This document shows positions 36,691-45,043 of a stretch of DNA of 45,043 bases, piece after piece. This DNA comes from Octopus bimaculoides (taxonomy: Eukaryota), in NCBI RefSeq assembly GCF_001194135.2, contig NC_068986.1, forward strand, positions 7,672,372 to 7,717,414. Direction: 5' to 3'. Positions within the stretch are counted from its first letter, which is position 1. Each line of letters begins with the position of its first letter. Position numbers and translations under genes: made by a program. The notes under the pieces were generated by a model. The model did no database searches, had not been told where the DNA came from, and saw nothing but the letters and a program-made list of their open reading frames with translations.

Positions 36691-38625
36691 CAGTCTTCAT
36701 CATATTTGTGAAGGTAATGATGAAAGCGTCGCTAAGTGAACGTAAAGGAGTATTCACTGATTGAGTAGGGAAATAACTATGTTTACAGAATAACTGAATT
36801 ATTCTCAAAACAATTCGTTGCAGAAAGAAACCCCAATTATGTTAGCGTTAACATATTTAATGCCAGGAGCATTAAGACACTAATAATAATAATAATACAC
36901 GGTTGCAATCAATAATACATTTAAAAGTATTCCAGCAAGTACAGAAAAAAATCCTATTTGAGTTAAACATTCAAGAAATAATTCTAATTTTCATTATATT
37001 CAATTAATGTACAACAGTTGGACCCAGAGGGGATTTTTGCTTCTTATAGAAACGCATTTCTAAAGCAACATATTTTACTAGAATATAGAGTAGGCGGAAC
37101 AAAGATTACGTTGAGTATATATATAACGAAAAAAAAAAAAGAAATACGTACACATATGGAACACAAGCGATTTAGGTTAGAAGTATAGTTTATAGGTGAT
37201 GTTTATTTCCCTTTTTTTTTGCTCTCCACTTCTTATCTGTAGCGTTAAGTAGATAAGAAATACCTCTTCTTCAGCTCAGAATTTTCTGCTAAACAAATTG
37301 GATTCAACACTGAAGGTAAAGGATCCGCTATTCACTCGATAAATATTCATTCCTTACATTGTCAAGCTAAACTATCTGTTGTCTATTTAGTTTTATGTTG
37401 GAATGGAGTGCGATAACTGAGCATGTGGCGGAAATCACTAGTCCAAATAACATATTTTATATGAGACTCTTCATATTTTCTACTTCTGACTTGCTGGTGT
37501 TGCGTTTCCTTCTTTGGTGAGGAAGCCAACCAATACAAGCTAGTTCTGGTTATCGAACTTCTTCGTAATTATTCTCGTCCCCTCGTTATATTTCCCACAG
37601 ATTCAGAAACACTACATCTATTATACTATAGAGTCACCTGCATTTATATTACGATGCATCCCATTATGGTGTATCTACGGAAGTTTATTAAATGCTTTCA
37701 ACCATTATTTTCATCAGTAATTCCCCAAACATATAAGAAACTATTCGGATGATAAATGCACTCAATGTGTTAGCAAATTTATTCTTTAACATATTTATAT
37801 ACCTCATAGAAAAATTATTTATGAACATTTGAAATTACTTCAGCAAGAAGCAATATTTCCCAAATGGTGCAATAAGTTGATTGAATTTTTAGAATATTTT
37901 GAACTTTTTTTGTAATACTTCGCAATGAGTCTCAACGTTTAAAATTGTTTGTCAAGGCGAGTCATTAAATAACTCTACAACGAAAACCATATTTGGAACA
38001 AACATATAACATACTTCTTCATTAAACACATAGATTTAATTGAAATTAAACTTCATTAAGGATATTTGTACAAACCAATTGATTGAATCGTGTTGTTTAG
38101 TTAAATTAATTACCGACATCAACTGTAATGATTAGTAGTATAATAAATAATTTAGTTATTCAGCCATGTCGATGTTGAAAAACCAGTTTTAAAATGTGTC
38201 ACATGTTTCTCTTGAATATATTATTGAAATAACTAAGATTCTTTTCTCCGCGTGCTTTTATTTCAACAGTCGATTATTGTTTCATACAAAACAGATATAG
38301 AACGTAGTTGTGGTTAGTCATTAGTATTTGAAACTTTTATCTTTATGTCTTACATTGCAATGACAGTTATGAGAATAACCTTTTCCCAAATATTAAAAGA
38401 TGTAACGAAATGAGATCAAATTCACTTAGGAATATTATATTTGTAGAAAGATAAGTTATTTTATTATAACAAAATATCGAATTTTGATGTAGTTGGCACC
38501 AAGGCTGGAAGGTTTGCAACAGAAACGGCGTTTGATAACAGACGTGACGCTTCAACGTTTCCATCTTCTACAACATAATAAGCTACATATAATGTCCTAC
38601 TTAGATGCAGTGCGGTTTGAGTTCG

Positions 38626-38908
38626 CCAATGACAAGTCATTTGCATGTATACTCTTAACTTGATAGCTTAAGGCTTCTAATTTGGAGGTGGTCACAGATG
38701 CGGTATTTTCTGGATGTACAAGTTAGCGCGGCTTTGTGATTTATAACAGACACAGCAGTCATTTCCTTTTGGCGAGATTACAAGATTTCCCATCTTGTGT
38801 ATTTGTTATATCAAAGTTAACAGCGTACACTGAGTTTCACCCGAGCAGCGCTGTTGATGAGCGTCGTCAACAGACAAAGCCGAACGAAGACTGACACGCA
38901 AAGTAGGT
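38626..38908 (+). promoter_or_regulatory. Candidate Pol II promoter and first exon
   Basis: CCAAT (38626), octamer ATTTGCAT (38639), TATAA (38742), CpG-rich non-repetitive-looking sequence, donor AAA|GTAGGT at 38902/38903. Motif arrangement only. Confidence 0.25.
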
Positions 38909-39031
38909 TGTCGACGTCGGTATTATAAATATAAATTTATTTATATTTCCTAACGTATTCTCTGTACTATGTGAAATATATTATTGATATATTTTACTAT
39001 TGTAACATTATATATATTACACATTATAAAT

Positions 39032-39034
<3 letters not shown>

Positions 39035-39080
<46 letters not shown>

Positions 39081-39475
39081 GGAGATGTTTCTATGTGGCT
39101 TGCTTGTTTGTTGTACCCTGTTTATCATTTTGTCCATGTTCTTTTGCTACGTCATGTACCCAGTTATGTATCTATATGTACATGTGGATGAAGGTATGTA
39201 CATACATGTACATATATATGCATATACTCATATATTGTTTATATATATATATATATATATATACATACATATAAATCAAAGTGTTCAGTATTATATATCT
39301 ATTACGGCCGACTTACAAATCGGTTCCGCACCAGGAGTTCAACAGTGTGTTAGATAACAGTCCGATTATGTAACCCTGCACACTTCAGTGATACCCGTTA
39401 TGAAATGAAATATGGGGAGTGCTCTCTCTGTATACACACACACACACACACACATACACACACACACACACACAT

Positions 39476-39512
<37 letters not shown>

Positions 39513-39545
39513 ATATATATATACATATACACATACATATATGTG
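39035..39545. repeat. (TA)n and (CA)n microsatellite patches
   Basis: Tracts at about 39035-39077, 39240-39270 and 39431-39545. Confidence 0.85.
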
Positions 39546-40224
39546 TGAGCTGTGCATATGTATATTTGTATGCATGTTAGATGCAATCACTGGTGCGCTC
39601 TACTGTATTTTACATTGTATATCACTAATCATTTAGATTTTATATTGCAAAAATAAAACTACATTTCTAGGAACAGTAAATGTGACTCTCCTCTCTAGGA
39701 AAAAATATTTCATAGTTTTGCTTTTAAAATTAAACTTTCCAAGTAAAATAGTATTATATGAACCACTAATATTTTGAAATTTGGTTAACTGAATATATTT
39801 ATTCAGAAAATCTATAAGAAATGGAAAATTATAAGGACTTTCAAGATAACAGTTAACAATGTGTTAAGGAAGTCTGTCTTTCAATGCAATGCGATAAAAG
39901 TACATTTGACATGGGTTTTAATGAGAAATAACGAGTCATCCTCTTTGTATACAATAAATTTTACTGAGAAGTTGAAGATTGATTCAATACTAATATAATG
40001 ATTGCCAATCTTCTTTTATGATATTACGACTACAATATTCTATGAAAACTTGTTCCGTTTGATTGTATTTGAACTAACTACAAAACCACTATGAGAAAAA
40101 TACGAAAATTAGATCACCTTGGGTCAATGGAGCTAAACAACAGTGTAAAGTAACACGTCTTTACGTTCTATCCGTTTTTATATATATGTATGTGTATATA
40201 TGTATGCATGTATGTTTGTACATA

Positions 40225-41390
40225 CAAACTATACCTTGTTTGAACCTTGTAATGGGCTATTTAGAATTTGAAATATACCAAGTATCACGACGAAAATGTG
40301 GCACCTCATTTCGTTGCTATTTAAAGGAAAACTGGAAAAGGTACTTGGATGATTGTTTTATACTTTATACTTTATACTTATAGTATGGACAAACTCCTCG
40401 ATTTCAAAATAATGCTCAACGATATCAATAGCAACATACAATTCACCATGGAACAGAGTAATAAACAACTTCCTTTTCTTGACATCCTAATTGAAAGTCA
40501 CTAACCACATCGAAACGGACATCATTTATAAATCCAGATTCAAAACAATACCTATTATTCAACTCATGCACCCCAAACACATAAAAATTAATATTCCTTA
40601 TAATCTAGCGAAAAGAATCTGTACCGTAGTTTCGGATACCAATACCCGTGAACTAAGACATCATGAACTTAAATCGACACTAATTAGGAGACTACCCCAC
40701 ATCATTAATAGATGATGGGATTAAATGAGCAAAGAAAATAGACTTACAAACATTAAGGGAAGTCAACCGAAATGTCACACCAGATTTAAAAGTACTTCCC
40801 TACATCTCCACTCAACCCAAGAAACAATGACGCATTCAACATCATCATCCAAAATCGATCCGTTCTCACCAGAGATAAAACACACAGATTTATCAAAAGC
40901 AAAATACAACCGAATTCATTGAAAACGACATTAATCAGTGCAAAACCATAACCCTTAACAACGGAACTGAAAGTGGAGAAATGCAGGCGTCCTAACTGTG
41001 ACACATGCCCCGACCTTTTGGAGGTTCAGAATTTCACTTCAAACAAGGTAAAATATTTAAGATATTAAGACAAATTTCACTTATGCCTCTGAAAACTTAA
41101 GCTATGTTATTACCTGCTTAGGTTGCGAAAACCACCATACAGGCCAAACATGAATGTCCCTCAGACGAAGAAAAACACTTCACAAGGAACAAATCTGCTT
41201 TCCACAGTAGAGACAAATGCAGGCTAGTGAACACATAGATAGATGTGCTAGGAACCTCAAACCAAACTTCCTAATCTTTCATTTTTATCAATGTTCTCAG
41301 GATGCCTGAGTGCAGCAAATGTTAAATAGACAAGCAACTTTTATTGACAAATATCAACCACAACTTAATAATATGAACACACAACTCAAT
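40225..41390 (+). mobile_element. Penelope-like element (RT plus GIY-YIG endonuclease), decayed
   Basis: NLVMGYLE, WKRYLDDCF (YLDD 40342-40353), QFTMEQSNKQLPFLDILI, KINIPYNLAKRICTVVSD, KCRRPNCDTC, YVITCLGCENHHTGQT, FIDKYQPQLN; many stops and frameshifts. Confidence 0.93.
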
Positions 41391-42984
41391 ACAAGACACT
41401 ACTAACCTTACTAATATAAATAATCCCACTAGTCGTCATATATATCTCAAATATTACTTTAAATTGTAGCAATCGTATCTACATTAATTACCTCCCTTTC
41501 AGACTGTTTACTTCCCTTGCATCCATTTTTTTCTTCACTTAAGTATATGTTTATACCCAACGACACTTGACAACCAGTGTTGATTGACAGTCAGTGATCA
41601 CCTATAGCAAAACCGGTATGACCTTTTGTTATGATTTTTATACATCTTAATATAACTTCAACTCACTTGTTTGTGCATTAATATATATTTATTTTTGTTT
41701 CTTTTTACTTTTCACTTAATTACACCACGTTGGTCCTTTTTCCTTAAAATCTGTTTCAATTATATATATATAGTTACAATGATAATAGCCCTTGGATGGA
41801 ATTTATAAACATATAATGCATCGCCACGCGCGTTTCCACAAATTAGATGTCTTTTAAGATCACAGTCGTATTCTTGGGATGATTGCAGTTTAGTCTGTAG
41901 TATCCATGGGCATCGGGTAAATCATGTCTATGGATTCATTTCTTCTATATATATAATTATCAGATTTATGTGTCGAAACCAATTTCTTGGTCTACTAAGA
42001 CCAGTTTTGTTCTCTGTAGAGTCTTCCGTATCTGTTCCTACCTGTCTGTTTGTTATGAGAATAATATATATATATCAACCTTTTATCTCTATGTTGTATA
42101 CATATATTTTCCTCTATACAACCACAAACTGAGTTTTATTTGACATCTGTATCCGATCCAAGAGTTCTCGTATTACTGAAGGAAGATCTACGAGATTATT
42201 GAAATTGATTGCAGGCTATTTTCCTTACAATCATATTTTGTCATAGTTAGGAAGCTCACTTCTATGATGTAATTCCTGAGGCATTATGTATTAATATGAT
42301 ATTGAAATATCAAGGTTGTAATAACTTTGTTTATAGATGTGGTTAGTCAGAGATGACCTGGTGGATGAGGGGAACAACAGCTGAAGTAGAGACGACGATA
42401 CTTAAAACATTTGGCCACTTTTAGCTAATTACGAAAGTTATTAAAATTATTCGATTAACATTGTCTGTTTTCATATGTCTCAGAAGGGCAAAACAAGAGA
42501 AAGAGAGACAATGTCTTTGTATGTTTATGAGGAGTTAAGTATTTTATGCATAAAAGAAGAGGAACAGTAATGATAACATTTATCTCAATGGATATCTACA
42601 TCATTATGGAACATAAAAGCTGTAATTTAATCAAAAAATATCTAGAGATATATTTTTGTTGTATGAAACTGAAAGTGATTGGTTATTGGAGGTAGGTTTA
42701 TTTTGTTCCTTCACATTTCAGTTTCTCCTAAATGACAGAATACCAGAAATTAATAATGGAGGAATGTTAATACTTCTATTTAAAGCCTCAATAATTCGGC
42801 TCCTTTTCCGTATGTAATTCAATGAAATATTGTTTGTTATTGATCTGCAATAGCAAACGATAATCTTAAAATAGAGAAAAGTAATTGTTATAGTTTTTAA
42901 ATTAAAAATAAAATACACCAGACTTGTATATAAATCTATTTAAACCTAATATGACGAGTGGCCCAGCATGTTACCTTTTGTCTT

Positions 42985-43332
42985 TATATTCTATCTTTTA
43001 CTTGTTTCAATCATCAAACTGCCGCCATGCTGGTCGCTGCCATGAAGGATTTTAGTCGAACGAAGATTTTAGTCGTACTTTTTCCCATAGCCTGGTCCTT
43101 ATTCTATCACTCTCTTTTACTGAGGCACTAAGTTACGGGAACGTAAACACACCTACACACACACACACATGCATGCATGTTTATACGACGAAGTTTCCTT
43201 CAACCAAATCTACCTCCAAGGCTTTGGTTGGCTCGAGGCTAGAGTAGAATATACTCGCCCATGCAGTGGAACGGATCACTAAACTATGTGGTTGAGTAGC
43301 AAAATTCTTACCATGTAGCCATGCCTACGCCT
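42985..43332 (-). mobile_element. Diverged copy of SINE family A
   Basis: Collinear with 14745-15157 (TTTTACTTGTTTCA.TCA, GCCATGCTGG, CTAAGTTACGGGAACGTAAACACACC, CAAGGCTTTGGT.GGC.CGAGGCTA.AGTAGAA). Confidence 0.88.
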
Positions 43333-45043
43333 CTATTAAGTGATTCTTTTCCATTACATTAAGAATTTCTAAATTCTTGTTTTCTAGCCTTTTATAATTC
43401 AGTGAATCAAACTCCATTAGGGAATACAATAAGAAAAAAATATTAACCTTCGCCTGAATGAACATAGTTTTTGTCGCCAGATTAAATCCATATCAGATGC
43501 ATTTATATAATATATGCTTGTATTGTTTGTTTTCCAAAAGAATGCAATCGAATTTACAACATGGAACTTACTGGAAAACTTGATTTCTCGTTACGGAATT
43601 GTCTGGTTTGGAAATCTACCACACTGTAACGAGAAAATTTTCCTGCACATATATTTAATGAATTGTTTTTAATCATTGTAAAATTCATTCATTTCTTTCT
43701 TTTTCTAAAGGTTTGTTAGGTTTGTCTCCTATCTAAATGACTTTCAATCAACTCCTCTCGGCTAAATATTTTCCCTTGTTGCTATATTTCATATTTATTG
43801 CTGGTCTCGTGCAAAATTCTCTTTTGCGAAAAAAGAAACCGTTTTTTACACGATCAAAGTCATTTTCATCCTACGTCAGCCACCAATTTTTCATCAAAGA
43901 CAACATTTCTTATGGAACCAATTCACGTATATGACTCGTACCATTATCATTGCTTTCTTTTAACATCGTAAAAAATGGCGAGAACTGATAATTGCTTTGC
44001 CTGTAATTACAAGACAATTTTCTAACTCTCTTCTCTCATCTACACGCCTTTCAATTCTTTTGAAAGTAACGAAGAACTCGTGTGTTAGTTCGCTCACATT
44101 TCCAACTACTACAATCAAAATATTGTTTCTTTACTTGTCCTACTCACACAATATATGGCTTTATTAATTTCAATAAATTACGAACTAGCTCCAGAAATGG
44201 CCAGTATTTTCTATCAACTCTCTTCGTATATTAATAGAAGGTATTGTTTAAAGAAAACAAACCAGAAACGACCTGTGAATACATTTGACTATAAAATTAC
44301 CCTTGGTCATTTGTATTTATTTCTGACGTTTAATTATAGGAACAGTTTTATAATTTATTTCCCTTCAAATTAATATCTATATTCATGTGTTGTATGCATA
44401 TGAATATATATATTAATTTGAATGTATGTACTAATCCTTAAGATTAATTATATTAACTGTGTCTTTTTTTAGCGATGGATCATTTATTCCGTACGAATAT
44501 TATATTTCATATATATATACAGTTATTCAAAGATTGTCTTTAAACTAATCATTTCTAAAACAAAATATGATTTAAAGCTTCAGAATAAACTGAATAAACT
44601 CCTGGATAGAAGGAGACATGCGAGATGGAGATGCGTTGAAGGGGTTACAGCATGTGTGACGACATAATTCCGGGACAAAGGACACCAAAATAAGAACAAT
44701 AGTAAAACTATATATACAGGCAGACGTATATACTTACATACATATATATATATAATTATGTGTATTTCTTCTATCTTAATGAATAAAAATTCTTCTGATA
44801 GAATAAATGGGTTAATAGAAACCAATGTAGCAAAGAACACAAAATAACTGTGGTTAGCTCCTGTTTTTAAGGCAGGAACTCCTTGAAATTTTGGGTATTT
44901 GAGTATATTTAAGAATTTAAGGATTGGAGAAAACGCATGTTATAATTGCATACTTTATTCCTACATATGTTTCAAAGGATTACAACCTGTGTGATCCATA
45001 GGGATCTTTGATATATATACAAACACACACACACACACACACA

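Overview
AT-rich, microsatellite-dense eukaryotic scaffold with 11 N-gaps. Composition and the tRNA-headed SINE families look like an octopus (cephalopod) short-read assembly; the taxon is an inference. No host protein-coding gene can be named. The window is mostly transposon debris: three RTE-clade LINE pieces, two Penelope-like pieces, a CR1-like 3' end, four Tc1/mariner remnants, a Helitron 3' end, three SINE families and four fold-back/MITE-like inverted repeats. Nearly all long ORFs in the track are microsatellite or gap artefacts. The most interesting signals are at TE junctions. One RTE copy (33632-34910) has an exact twin-priming-type 5' inversion and three C-terminal C2H2 fingers. A second RTE copy has a 20-bp fold-back 5' end. 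Two TE remnants carry 46-54 bp blocks nearly identical to DNA 1-3 kb away, apparently as deletion filler. Weak candidates exist for a terminal exon (3212-3330) and a promoter/first exon (about 38626-38908). All alignments were done by eye.
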